From: an uncultured Veillonellaceae bacterium
GTDB lineage: Bacteria > Bacillota > Negativicutes > UBA1444
Reading direction: 5' to 3'
Assembly (NCBI GenBank): GCA_964521625.1
Contig: CAZFSM010000018.1
Coordinates: 10,479 to 74,478 of the forward strand
Length of the DNA stretch: 64,000 nt
Below the pieces are notes generated by a model. That model saw only the letters and a program-made list of their open reading frames with translations, was not told the DNA's origin and did not search any database. Both the position numbers and the translations under genes were made by a program. Position 1 is the stretch's first letter; every line of letters starts with the position of its first letter. Positions 9,547 through 18,603 of this stretch are shown here, piece after piece.

Positions 9547-10497
9547 ATGAACGCAATCGGTTGGTTTGTCGGCGGTCCTTATTTATACATTTGCCTGCTG
9601 CTGTTTGTTGGGATTACGGCGTGGAAGGTTTATGGCTATGCCACCATGCCCCGCCATTTGCGCTGGGATCTTTACCCACTGCCGCACCGGGTCGGCGGCT
9701 CCAAGTATCAGAAAGTCGATTTTTACAAGCTGAAGCAAAAAACAAGCCTGCTTGATGAATTTAGCTATATGTTCATGGAAATCCTTTTCATCCGCAAGGC
9801 ATTTATTCATAATCCCAAAGTCTGGGCAGGTTCATTTCCCATGCACATGGGGCTTTATCTTTCGATACTGTGGCTGTTTTTGCTCGGGATTGGCATCGTT
9901 GCAGATAAAATGTTTCATTTGCCGGGGGTGCCGGTAAATGGCTGGTTCTGGATTACAGCGTTGTATGTTGTGACAGTCCTGGTTGGCAGCCTGGCCTTGG
10001 TGGCCGGCTTGACCGGCGCCTGTTGGCTGATGGTTCTGCGGCTTACCGACGAGGGGCTGCGCGATATGTCCGACATTCCGGCCTATTTTAATCTCAGCCT
10101 GCTCATCGGCATGTTCGGCTCAGGTCTGGCTGCCTGGTTCTTTGCTGATCCCGACTTTGTATTGCTCAGGGCGCAGCTCGGGTCATTGTTTGTCTTTTCA
10201 CCGACAGTACCCGCGCATTGGCTGATTACACTGGAAATCTTTTTCATGGGGCTATTCCTGGCCTATCTGCCGTTTAGCCGCATGAGTCATTATGCCGCAA
10301 AGTACTTTTTCTACCATGATATCATGTGGGACGATGAGCCGATGAAGGCCGGCAGTTCGCTGGAAAAAAACGTCGTTCACTCGCTTGGCGGCAAACTGTC
10401 CTGGTCTGCCTCCCATATCAAACAGGACCAGTCCTGGCTGGCGCAGGTATCGCCCGAAGAAGTCAAGGCCGGGAAGGAAGGGGCTGAAAAACAATGA
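9547..10497 (+). CDS. NarI/DsrM-like membrane cytochrome b (second copy, DsrM')
   Basis: About five TM helices; HLRWDLYPLPH, FPMHMG, YLPFSRMSH; coupled to a DsrK-like gene. Confidence 0.82.
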   Translation: MNAIGWFVGGPYLYICLLLFVGITAWKVYGYATMPRHLRWDLYPLPHRVGGSKYQKVDFYKLKQKTSLLDEFSYMFMEILFIRKAFIHNPKVWAGSFPMHMGLYLSILWLFLLGIGIVADKMFHLPGVPVNGWFWITALYVVTVLVGSLALVAGLTGACWLMVLRLTDEGLRDMSDIPAYFNLSLLIGMFGSGLAAWFFADPDFVLLRAQLGSLFVFSPTVPAHWLITLEIFFMGLFLAYLPFSRMSHYAAKYFFYHDIMWDDEPMKAGSSLEKNVVHSLGGKLSWSASHIKQDQSWLAQVSPEEVKAGKEGAEKQ

Positions 10498-12098
10498 AGA
10501 AGAAAGTGCTGATCCGCGATTTCGGTCAGGAAACACCAGTGCTGTGTCCGATCGACCCGGCGGACATTCCCCTGCTGCCTAGCGAAGACGCGATTGTTTT
10601 TAAAGATGTGAAACCGGCAATGAAGGAAAAGTACGATTTTTCGCTGGATGGATTCTCGGCGCTCAACTTGCCGATTCCCCAGACGCCGGAGCAAGAGGAA
10701 AAGATTGTCAACGATTTTCTCAAGGGGCTGGAAAAAGTCTTCAGCGAGGAAAATAACTGGGGCTTTTTGCAACCCACTACTCTCAGCACGAACTATTGCG
10801 TGCAATGCAACACTTGCAATGAGGCTTGTCCGGTCTATCCGGAAAGCGGCTATCAGGACATCTACCGGCCAAATTACCGGGCGGAGCTGCTCAGACGGAT
10901 TTATCGCCGCTATTTCACCACGGCAGGCAAATTGCTCGGCAAATGGGCCGGCGCCGATCTGGAACTGAACTGGCGGGTTGTTTACCGGCTGGCGGAACTG
11001 GTGTATCGCTGCAGCCTCTGCCGGCGCTGCGCCCAGACCTGTCCGGTAGGAGTCGACAATGCTTTGATCGCCAGGGAAATCCGCAAACTGTTCAGTCAGG
11101 AGATGGGGATCGCCCCGGAGGCGGTTCATAAGTCGGGCACGGTCAATCATTTGAAAACCGGCTCCACGACGGGGATGGGTACGGCTGCTTTTCTTGATAC
11201 GCTGGAAATGGTGGAAGACATTATCGAAGAAAAAATCGGTCGCCGGATCAATATTCCTGTCGACGTTAAAGGCGCCGACTTCTTGCTGATGCATAATGCC
11301 GGCGAATTTATGGCTTGGCCGGAAAACCCCGCCGCATTTGCGATATTGTTTGATGCTGCCGGGATCAACTGGACTCTGTCCTCGGAAACCATGGGTTATG
11401 AAGGTGTAAACTACGGCGTCTGGTACGATGACGTGCAGTTTTCCAAGATTCTGGTGGCCCAGGTTCAGGCTGCCAAACGGCTCGGTGTTGGCAAGATCGT
11501 CGTTGGTGAATGTGGACATGCAACAAAGGGCACGGTGACGATAGGAGACCGAATCTGTGTTGGCGATCTGGCGATTCCCCGCGAAAGCTGCCTGCCGATT
11601 CTGGCGGAGATTGTCACAAGCAAAAAAATCAAGTTCAACCCCGAACAGAACAATTTTCCGGTCACGATGCACGACCCCTGCAACATGGTCCGCTTGATGG
11701 GCATTATGAAACCGCAATGGACCATTCTGAAGTCGATCGTACCGAAGAAAATGATTTATCCGATGCCCAATGCCGGTGCTGAGAACTACTGCTGCGGCGG
11801 CGGCAGCGGTTTTGCGATCATGAATTCGCAGAACTTCCCGCAGTGGCGAACCCACTTGTCCAGCCGGCGCAAGGCAAGGCAGGTGCTGGAGGCCTTCAAG
11901 GACGTGTTGGATCCGTCGATTCCCAAATACTACTGCGCTCCCTGTTCCAACTGCAAAGGTTCGGCCCGCGATTCGATGATCGAGGCCTTTGGTTTCAAGG
12001 AGAAATACAATATGACTTATGGAGGGCTCGTCGAGCTGATGGTCAACGCCATGCCGGATCTGCCGAAGCCCTACATTTCCTGGGAAGATGAATTCTAA
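10494..12098 (+). CDS. DsrK/HdrD-like Fe-S oxidoreductase (second copy, DsrK')
   Basis: CVQCNTCNEAC, CSLCRRCAQTC, GECGH, HDPCN, CCGGGSG, CAPCSNC (CCG domain). Confidence 0.88.
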   Translation: MKKKVLIRDFGQETPVLCPIDPADIPLLPSEDAIVFKDVKPAMKEKYDFSLDGFSALNLPIPQTPEQEEKIVNDFLKGLEKVFSEENNWGFLQPTTLSTNYCVQCNTCNEACPVYPESGYQDIYRPNYRAELLRRIYRRYFTTAGKLLGKWAGADLELNWRVVYRLAELVYRCSLCRRCAQTCPVGVDNALIAREIRKLFSQEMGIAPEAVHKSGTVNHLKTGSTTGMGTAAFLDTLEMVEDIIEEKIGRRINIPVDVKGADFLLMHNAGEFMAWPENPAAFAILFDAAGINWTLSSETMGYEGVNYGVWYDDVQFSKILVAQVQAAKRLGVGKIVVGECGHATKGTVTIGDRICVGDLAIPRESCLPILAEIVTSKKIKFNPEQNNFPVTMHDPCNMVRLMGIMKPQWTILKSIVPKKMIYPMPNAGAENYCCGGGSGFAIMNSQNFPQWRTHLSSRRKARQVLEAFKDVLDPSIPKYYCAPCSNCKGSARDSMIEAFGFKEKYNMTYGGLVELMVNAMPDLPKPYISWEDEF

Positions 12099-12567
12099 GC
12101 AGCGGGGGGCTTTGTTAAAAGCCTGGTACGACACAACGATGAAAAGTTATTTTCCGGCAACGGACGAAGCATTCCGGCGCAACACCGGTTTTGCCAATCC
12201 GGTCGGGCAGGCCTTTCAGGAATCGATGGCGACGATACTGGACGGTCTGGTGGTAGGAAACTCTGTGTCGGATTATACCGCACCACTGGACCGCATCGTG
12301 CGGGTTCTGGCAGTACAGGGCTTGCCGGCCGGCGTCGCAATCCGGTTTTTGTCGGTGCTGCGCAATCTGCTGGAAAAAAACACGGAAATCGCGGTGGGCG
12401 AAAAAATGCAATGGCTGGCGCGGCTGGATGAACTAGCCGAATTGTCGATCGAAATTTGGTGTGAATGCCGCGAAACCCTTTCCCAACTTCGAATTAGTGA
12501 ACTCAGAAATCGCATCCAACAACTCGAAGCCGGTTCTACGCCCAGACAAAGAGGGGGGAACGACTGA
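12088..12567 (+). CDS. dsrT: DsrT (RsbRD N-terminal-domain protein)
   Basis: FANPVG motif, LDRIVRVLAVQ, CRETLSQLRISEL; lies immediately before dsrK. Confidence 0.85.
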   Translation: MNSKQRGALLKAWYDTTMKSYFPATDEAFRRNTGFANPVGQAFQESMATILDGLVVGNSVSDYTAPLDRIVRVLAVQGLPAGVAIRFLSVLRNLLEKNTEIAVGEKMQWLARLDELAELSIEIWCECRETLSQLRISELRNRIQQLEAGSTPRQRGGND

Positions 12568-14189
12568 TGGCCAAAATAGCAAAACCAGCGGAGTTGCTCA
12601 AAAACACCGGCTATGACAGCATGCCGGCTACCCATTGGATGGATACGCCGGTCGATTTTCGTCCGGGCACCTGGTTGTTTCCCGGTAAAGCGGAAAGCCT
12701 GATCGCTGTCGATCTGCCCAATCCGCGCAAGTGGTCGCCGGAGGACGCCGACTGGAAGCTGCCGCCAAACTGGAAAGAGATCATTCTGGACGGCATGCGG
12801 GAACGGCTGCAGCGGTATCGCTCATTCCGCGTATTCATGGATACCTGCGTGCGCTGCGGCGCCTGCGCTGATAAATGCCATTTTTACCTGGGGTCCGGCG
12901 ATCCGCGCAATATGCCGGTACTCAGGGCCGAACTGCTCCGCTCCGTCTATCTGTATTACTTTACGGCTACCGGTAAGACGCTGGGCCGTTTTGCCGGCGC
13001 CCGCGAGCTGACCGAAGACGTGATCAAGGAATGGTTCTATTATTTCCACCAGTGCACCGAATGTCGCCGCTGCTCCGTTTTCTGCCCTTACGGTATCGAT
13101 ACGGCGGAGATTACGATGATCGGGCGGGAACTCTTGAACCTGATCGGCTGCAATATTGACTGGATCGTTACACCAGTCGCCAACTGCTACATGAAGGGAA
13201 ACCATCTGGGCATCCAGCCGCATGGACTGGTCGACTCGATGGACTTTCTGGTTGAAAACATCCAGGATATCACCGGCGTCAAAATTGAGCCGACCTTCAA
13301 CCGTAAAGGGGCGGAAATCCTTTATGTGCCACCGTCCGGCGACATTTTTGCCGATCCCGGCACTTACTCGCTGATGGGGCAGTTGATGCTGTTCCATGAG
13401 ACCGGTATCGACTATACCCTTAGCACCTATGCTTCCGAGGGCGGCAACTTCGGCAGCTTTACATCGATGGAGATGGCCAAGCGCCTGAATGCCAAAATTT
13501 ACGCCGAGGCCCGGCGTCTAGGCGTGAAGTGGATTCTGGGCGGTGAATGCGGCCACATGTGGCGGGTGATTCACCAGTTCATGGATACGATGAACGGACC
13601 CGGCGATTTCCTGGAGACGCCGGTCAATCCCTTGACAGGGACCCGGTTTGAACATGCCAAGGCTACCGGTATGATTCATGTAACCGAATTCACTGCCGAC
13701 CTGATTCACGAAGGAAAAATCAAACTGGATCCGTCACGCAACGATAATGTGAAGGTCACCTTCCACGATTCCTGCAACCCGTCGAGGGGCATGGGCCTGT
13801 TGGAAGAACCTCGCTATATCCTGAACAAGGTCTGCAATAATTTCTTTGAGATGCCGGAAGAAACGATCCGCGAAAAGACCTTCTGCTGCGGCGGCGGCAG
13901 CGGGCTGGGCGCTGACGAAAACATGGAGATGCGGATGCGCGGCGGCTTGCCGCGGGCCAATGCCGTGCGCTATGTGCATGAAAAATTTGGCGTCAACATG
14001 CTGTCCTGTGTTTGTGCGATTGACCGCGCTACATTGCCCCCCCTGATGCATTATTGGGTACCCAAGGTCGCGGTTTGCGGCGTTCACGAACTGGTTGGCA
14101 ATGCGCTGATTATGAAGGGCGAGATGAAACGGACGCAGAACCTTCGATTTGAAGAACTGCCTGCGGCAAAGGAGGATGGCAATGAATAA
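12567..14189 (+). CDS. dsrK: DsrK catalytic subunit of DsrMKJOP
   Basis: CVRCGACADKC, CTECRRCSVFCPYGIDTAE, GECGHMWR, FHDSCN, CCGGGSGL, CVCAIDR. Confidence 0.94.
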   Translation: MAKIAKPAELLKNTGYDSMPATHWMDTPVDFRPGTWLFPGKAESLIAVDLPNPRKWSPEDADWKLPPNWKEIILDGMRERLQRYRSFRVFMDTCVRCGACADKCHFYLGSGDPRNMPVLRAELLRSVYLYYFTATGKTLGRFAGARELTEDVIKEWFYYFHQCTECRRCSVFCPYGIDTAEITMIGRELLNLIGCNIDWIVTPVANCYMKGNHLGIQPHGLVDSMDFLVENIQDITGVKIEPTFNRKGAEILYVPPSGDIFADPGTYSLMGQLMLFHETGIDYTLSTYASEGGNFGSFTSMEMAKRLNAKIYAEARRLGVKWILGGECGHMWRVIHQFMDTMNGPGDFLETPVNPLTGTRFEHAKATGMIHVTEFTADLIHEGKIKLDPSRNDNVKVTFHDSCNPSRGMGLLEEPRYILNKVCNNFFEMPEETIREKTFCCGGGSGLGADENMEMRMRGGLPRANAVRYVHEKFGVNMLSCVCAIDRATLPPLMHYWVPKVAVCGVHELVGNALIMKGEMKRTQNLRFEELPAAKEDGNE

Positions 14190-14580
14190 GAACCGCCTGG
14201 TAGCGCTGGGATTGATCCTGTTTGTGTTGCTGTTCACCTTTCCGGTGCTGATGAATTTAGGCAAGTCTGCTGCGAAAACACAGCCGCCGTCGCTGTTGCA
14301 GGATGAGAAGGCGATGCAGGAGCTGGCCGACAAACTTGGGGTGAAGAATATCGATGAGTTTCGCGAACGGCACAAGCAGGTTCTGGCCGAATGGAAAGAC
14401 TCGGTGGTGCGGGACGGCAAACGGATCTACGTCACCAAGGACGGGCGCGAAATCCCGATCAGTCTGCAGAACCTGGCCAGTCAGCCACAATACTGCAATG
14501 CCTGCCACGATTATGTCGGTATTGAAAAACCAAACTGCTGGACCTGCCATGTCGAGCCGAAAGGAGGCGACGGTAAATGA
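14182..14580 (+). CDS. dsrJ: DsrJ c-type cytochrome (only two CXXCH motifs)
   Basis: N-terminal TM anchor, WKDSVVRDGKR, SLQN, CNACH and CWTCH; GGAGG SD; sits between dsrK and dsrO. Confidence 0.88.
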   Translation: MNKNRLVALGLILFVLLFTFPVLMNLGKSAAKTQPPSLLQDEKAMQELADKLGVKNIDEFRERHKQVLAEWKDSVVRDGKRIYVTKDGREIPISLQNLASQPQYCNACHDYVGIEKPNCWTCHVEPKGGDGK

Positions 14581-15341
14581 AAAAGCCACTCAACATAAGC
14601 CGTCGGACTCTATTAAAAGCAACTGGCGCCGCAGCCATTGGCCTCATACCGGCCGGTACGCTATTGGTGAGAGCGGCCGGAAAACCGCATCCTAAGGCAC
14701 TGCAGGCCAAGAGTTGGGCGATGGTCATCAATGCGAAACTTTGTCCGCCCGGTTGCCGCATCTGCAGCGAGGCCTGTCACAAGGCCCATAACGTGCCGAA
14801 CATGCCGGACGCCAAACAGGATGTGAAATGGATCTGGCAGGAGTCATACAACTCGGCGTTTCCTTACGAAGCACATTCTTATCCGGATGACGCCAATGCC
14901 AAACGGCCTTATCCAGTATTGTGCAATCATTGTGAAAATCCTTCCTGTGTCCGGGTATGCCCGACCCAGGCGACCTTCAAGCGGCCTGACGGCGTGGTGA
15001 TGATGGATTACCACCGTTGTATCGGTTGCCGTTTCTGTATGGCGGCCTGCCCTTATGGCGCCCGCAGTTTCAACTTCAAGGACCCGCGGCCGCATATTCC
15101 GACGCTAAACCAGGCTTATCCCACCCGAACTCCCGGCGTGGTCGAGAAATGCAATTTCTGCGATGAACGACTGGCGGTCGGGCAGATGCCTGTCTGTATG
15201 GAGGCTTGTCCGGCCAAGGCGATCCTGTTCGGCGACCTGGGCGACCCTGCTTCGACAGTTCGGCAGGCTCTGGCGTCGAACGTGACTTTACAGCGGAAGA
15301 CCAAACTCGGCACCCGGCCGAAGGTCTTCTACATCGTTTGA
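14577..15341 (+). CDS. dsrO: DsrO Tat-exported Fe-S protein
   Basis: SRRTLLK Tat motif; CRICSEAC, CNHCENPSCVRVCP, CIGCRFCMAACPY, KCNFC...CMEACP. Confidence 0.93.
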   Translation: MKKPLNISRRTLLKATGAAAIGLIPAGTLLVRAAGKPHPKALQAKSWAMVINAKLCPPGCRICSEACHKAHNVPNMPDAKQDVKWIWQESYNSAFPYEAHSYPDDANAKRPYPVLCNHCENPSCVRVCPTQATFKRPDGVVMMDYHRCIGCRFCMAACPYGARSFNFKDPRPHIPTLNQAYPTRTPGVVEKCNFCDERLAVGQMPVCMEACPAKAILFGDLGDPASTVRQALASNVTLQRKTKLGTRPKVFYIV

Positions 15342-15357
15342 AGGGAGGAGAACAGCA

Positions 15358-16527
15358 ATGCTTGAACACGCATGGAATGAAACCGGACCCCGGTTCAAGG
15401 CCTGGTTGGCGGCGCTACTGCTCCTGATCGGCGTCGGCGGTTTCTGTTACTCCATCCAGCTCGGAACCGGCCTCGGTGTCACCGGCATGAGCAGGGATGT
15501 ATCCTGGGGGCTATATATAGGCCAATTCACCTTCTTTGTCGGGGTTGCCGCCTCGGCCGTCATGGTCGTTTTGCCCTATTATCTGCATGATGTGAAAGTG
15601 TTCGGTCGCATTACCGTCGTCGGTGAATTTCTGGCGGTTACCGCAGTCATCATGTGCATATTGTTCATCCTGGTTGACCTGGGGATGCCGTCCCGCCTGC
15701 TTAATATCATGCTGTATCCGTCGCCGGGTTCAGTCCTGTTTTGGGACATGGTCGTGCTGAATGGTTATTTTTTCCTCAACCTGTTGACCGGCTGGAAAGT
15801 GCTCGAAGCCGAGTATACCGGAATCAAAGCGCCTGACTGGGTGAAACCGCTCATCTACATCGCGATTCCCTGGGCGTTCAGCATTCACACGGTTACAGCC
15901 TTCATCTATTCGGGGATACCAGGCCGCGACTTCTGGCTGACTGCCCTGACCGCGCCCAAATTCCTCGCTTCGGCGTTTGCCACCGGCCCGGCGCTCCTGA
16001 TCCTGATCAGTCTAGCCCTGCGGCGCTTCACCGGTTTTGATGCCGGACAGGAGGCGATCCGTCGACTGTCAATCATCGTCACCTATGCGATGTCGATTAC
16101 CGTGTTCATGATCATGGCCGAGTTCTTCACCGCCTTTTACAGTCAGGTGCCCAGCCATATGTATGCACTGAAATACTTTTTTGTCGGACTCTATGGCGGC
16201 AATTCGTTTGTCGTGATTTCCTGGATTTTCGCCGGACTTTGCCTGCTGGCGCTGATCCTGCTGCTCAACCCCGCGACCCGTCAGAATGAAAAATGGCTGA
16301 CCATCGCCTGTGCCTCGACATTTATCGCACTGGCGATTGAAAAGGGTATATCTTTCACGGTGGGGGGGTTCATCACCAATCCGTTCGGCCGGGTAACCGA
16401 ATACTGGCCGACAGCAATCGAACTGGGGATTGTCCTTGGCATCTGGGCGCTCGGCGCTTTTCTGCTGAGCCTGTTCTACAGCCTGTTCGTTACCGTCAAA
16501 CGTCGCTCCGAAAGGGGGCTTGCCTGA
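15358..16527 (+). CDS. dsrP: DsrP, NrfD/PsrC-family membrane subunit
   Basis: TGMSRDVSWGLYIGQFTFFVGVAASA, SIHTVTAF, PKFLASAF; about ten TM helices. Confidence 0.93.
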   Translation: MLEHAWNETGPRFKAWLAALLLLIGVGGFCYSIQLGTGLGVTGMSRDVSWGLYIGQFTFFVGVAASAVMVVLPYYLHDVKVFGRITVVGEFLAVTAVIMCILFILVDLGMPSRLLNIMLYPSPGSVLFWDMVVLNGYFFLNLLTGWKVLEAEYTGIKAPDWVKPLIYIAIPWAFSIHTVTAFIYSGIPGRDFWLTALTAPKFLASAFATGPALLILISLALRRFTGFDAGQEAIRRLSIIVTYAMSITVFMIMAEFFTAFYSQVPSHMYALKYFFVGLYGGNSFVVISWIFAGLCLLALILLLNPATRQNEKWLTIACASTFIALAIEKGISFTVGGFITNPFGRVTEYWPTAIELGIVLGIWALGAFLLSLFYSLFVTVKRRSERGLA

Positions 16528-17519
16528 TGCAAATGCTGATTGCGTTCGCCGTGGTCGCGACCATTGCTGCCGCCGGTTATATCGGAGGAGCCATGCCGGG
16601 GCTACAGTTTATCTTCGGCGTTGTTCTGCCACTACTAGCCATCATTGTGTTTTTGGTCGGTTTCGTGCGAAAAATCTGGAACTGGGCCCAAACGCCGGTA
16701 CCTTTCTGTATCGCTACCACTGTTGGTCAGCAAAAATCCCTGCCCTGGATTACCCAGGACAAGGTAGGCAATCCATCGGATACGTCCGGTGTTGTCCGTC
16801 GGATGGCCGGCGAGATTTTCCTGTTTCGCTCGCTGTTCCGCAATGTGAAGGCGGAAATCGGCCCGGACGGCTGGATTGGCTACCAGTTCGAAAAATGGCT
16901 CTGGCTATTTGCCGTTTTGTTTCATTGGTCATTCCTGTTCGTCGTGATCCGCCATCTGCGATTTTTCTTCGTACCGACGCCGGCACTGGTCATGGGGCTG
17001 GAGCATATAGATGGCTTTCTGTTACTCGACCTGCAGCCGCTGTTCTTGTCAGGCATCTTGCTGCTGTTTGGCGTGAGTGCCCTGTACCTGCGCCGGATGG
17101 TGATTCCTCAAGTGCGGTACATCTCTCATGGCATTGATTTTGTACCGCTGTTTCTGATTGGCGGGATTGCCCTTAGCGGGATCCTGCTGCGTTATGTTTG
17201 GCCGACCGACGTTGTGGCCGTAAAGTCGATGACGATGGGCTGGGTTACATTGAATCCTGTATTGCCGGCCAACATCAGCCCACTGTTTTTCGCCCACCTT
17301 ACGCTGGTTTCGGCACTGTTGGCCTGGTTCCCCTTCAGCAAGCTGATGCACATGGGCGGCGTTTTTCTCAGCCCCACCCGCAACCAACGGGCCAATTCAC
17401 GTGAAGTTCGCCATATCAACCCCTGGAACTACCCGGTCCATACCCATACCTATGCAGAGTACGAAGATGAATTCCGTGATAAAATGAAAGGGTGCGGGCT
17501 ACCGGTCGACAAACAGTAA
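16527..17519 (+). CDS. dsrM: DsrM diheme cytochrome b
   Basis: FCIATTVGQQKSLPW, LFHWSFLFVVIRHLR, FAHL...FPFSKLMHMGGVFLSPTRN, RHINPWN; four His ligands. Confidence 0.94.
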   Translation: MQMLIAFAVVATIAAAGYIGGAMPGLQFIFGVVLPLLAIIVFLVGFVRKIWNWAQTPVPFCIATTVGQQKSLPWITQDKVGNPSDTSGVVRRMAGEIFLFRSLFRNVKAEIGPDGWIGYQFEKWLWLFAVLFHWSFLFVVIRHLRFFFVPTPALVMGLEHIDGFLLLDLQPLFLSGILLLFGVSALYLRRMVIPQVRYISHGIDFVPLFLIGGIALSGILLRYVWPTDVVAVKSMTMGWVTLNPVLPANISPLFFAHLTLVSALLAWFPFSKLMHMGGVFLSPTRNQRANSREVRHINPWNYPVHTHTYAEYEDEFRDKMKGCGLPVDKQ

Positions 17520-17549
17520 GTTTGGACAGCCAGGCAAAGCAGTTTGCAT

Positions 17550-17595
17550 GCCGGCGTGCTGTCGGTCGGTGAAATCCGACACGGCAGTCGCCGGC
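17550..17595 (+). other. GC-rich intergenic stem-loop without U tail
   Basis: GCCGGCG-TGCTGT-cg-GTCGG-tgaaat-CCGAC-ACGGCA-gt-CGCCGGC. Confidence 0.55.
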
Positions 17596-17613
17596 TGTTC
17601 GCGTTAAATCGGT

Positions 17614-18603
17614 TTGAGCGGGAAAGAGAGGCGATTTATTGTTATGCTGGCTGCACTGCTTACTATTGGATTGATTCTGGCAGCTGCTCTATTTGGTGGC
17701 ATAGTGCCGCAGGGGCTGCCAGCGGAAGCTTATCTGGACCGCTTTGGCAAATCGTTCGGTCGGATTTTTTTAACGCTGGGTCTGGATGATATTTACCGCA
17801 CCAAGGGCTTTTTGCTATTGGGGCTGCTGTTATTCGCCCAGTTGGCGGTTTGTACCGGCAAACGGATTTCACTGCTGCGCGGCGGCGTTAAAACCTGGCT
17901 GATTGGTTCTGTACTGATGCATGTCGGACTACTGGTTTTTCTGGTTTCCACCGGGATCAGTCTTTGGTGGGGGCACAACATGATGGTGGAGATTCCCGAA
18001 GGGAAAACCATGTCGCTGACCCAGCAGGGAGTTCCCTTTGATATCCGCCTGGACCGATTTACAATCGACTACTATCCGGACAGCCATGCCGTACGGCAGT
18101 ACCGCAGCGACGTGGTACTGACCCGGGCAGGCCAGGAACTGAGACGCGGCAGTCTGGAAGTGAATGAACCGCTCAGCCATGAAGGGGCGAAAATTTTTCA
18201 GATGAGTTATGGCTGGTTGGTAGAAGGGTCGGTGCGACAATTGCCGGACGGCAAAGCAGAACCGTTCTCGCTTGCCAATGGGGGTTGGCTCGATTCGCTT
18301 GGACCGGACAAAGACCGGCTGCGGGCCGTGATTGTAGCAGACCCGGCTAAACAGTCCGCCCGCCCGCCTGAAGTTGTTTTTGTTTTGCTGAAGGAATCGG
18401 GGGCGCGGCAGACGGCGGTTGTTACGCAGGGTGGCTCGATTAAGGACGCGAAAGTGGAAATTCGTTTTGAGCGGCTGCGGCGATATTCTGGCCTGCAGGT
18501 GAAGCAAGATCCCGGTGTAAGCGGCATTTTCGGCGGACTGACGCTGGCGCTGCTCGGGTTATTGCTCCGCTATGCGCCGCTGGGAGGAAACAAAACAGTA
18601 TGA
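17614..18603 (+). CDS. ResB-like cytochrome c biogenesis protein (system II); start uncertain
   Basis: LGLDDIYRT, LMHVGLL, RQYRSDV, LEVNEPL, FQMSYG, YSGLQVKQDPGV. Confidence 0.87.
   Translation: MSGKERRFIVMLAALLTIGLILAAALFGGIVPQGLPAEAYLDRFGKSFGRIFLTLGLDDIYRTKGFLLLGLLLFAQLAVCTGKRISLLRGGVKTWLIGSVLMHVGLLVFLVSTGISLWWGHNMMVEIPEGKTMSLTQQGVPFDIRLDRFTIDYYPDSHAVRQYRSDVVLTRAGQELRRGSLEVNEPLSHEGAKIFQMSYGWLVEGSVRQLPDGKAEPFSLANGGWLDSLGPDKDRLRAVIVADPAKQSARPPEVVFVLLKESGARQTAVVTQGGSIKDAKVEIRFERLRRYSGLQVKQDPGVSGIFGGLTLALLGLLLRYAPLGGNKTV

Noticed and set aside
10377-12134. 585-aa minus-strand ORF and other long antisense ORFs (e.g. 1237-2157, 32296-33024, 43025-43687)
   Set aside because: Shadow frames of well-supported genes on the opposite strand; no recognisable motifs
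3992-17519. Oxidative (reverse) Dsr pathway
   Set aside because: No dsrEFH, dsrL or dsrR in the cluster and the other genes indicate an anaerobe; direction is not proven without a DsrAB phylogeny
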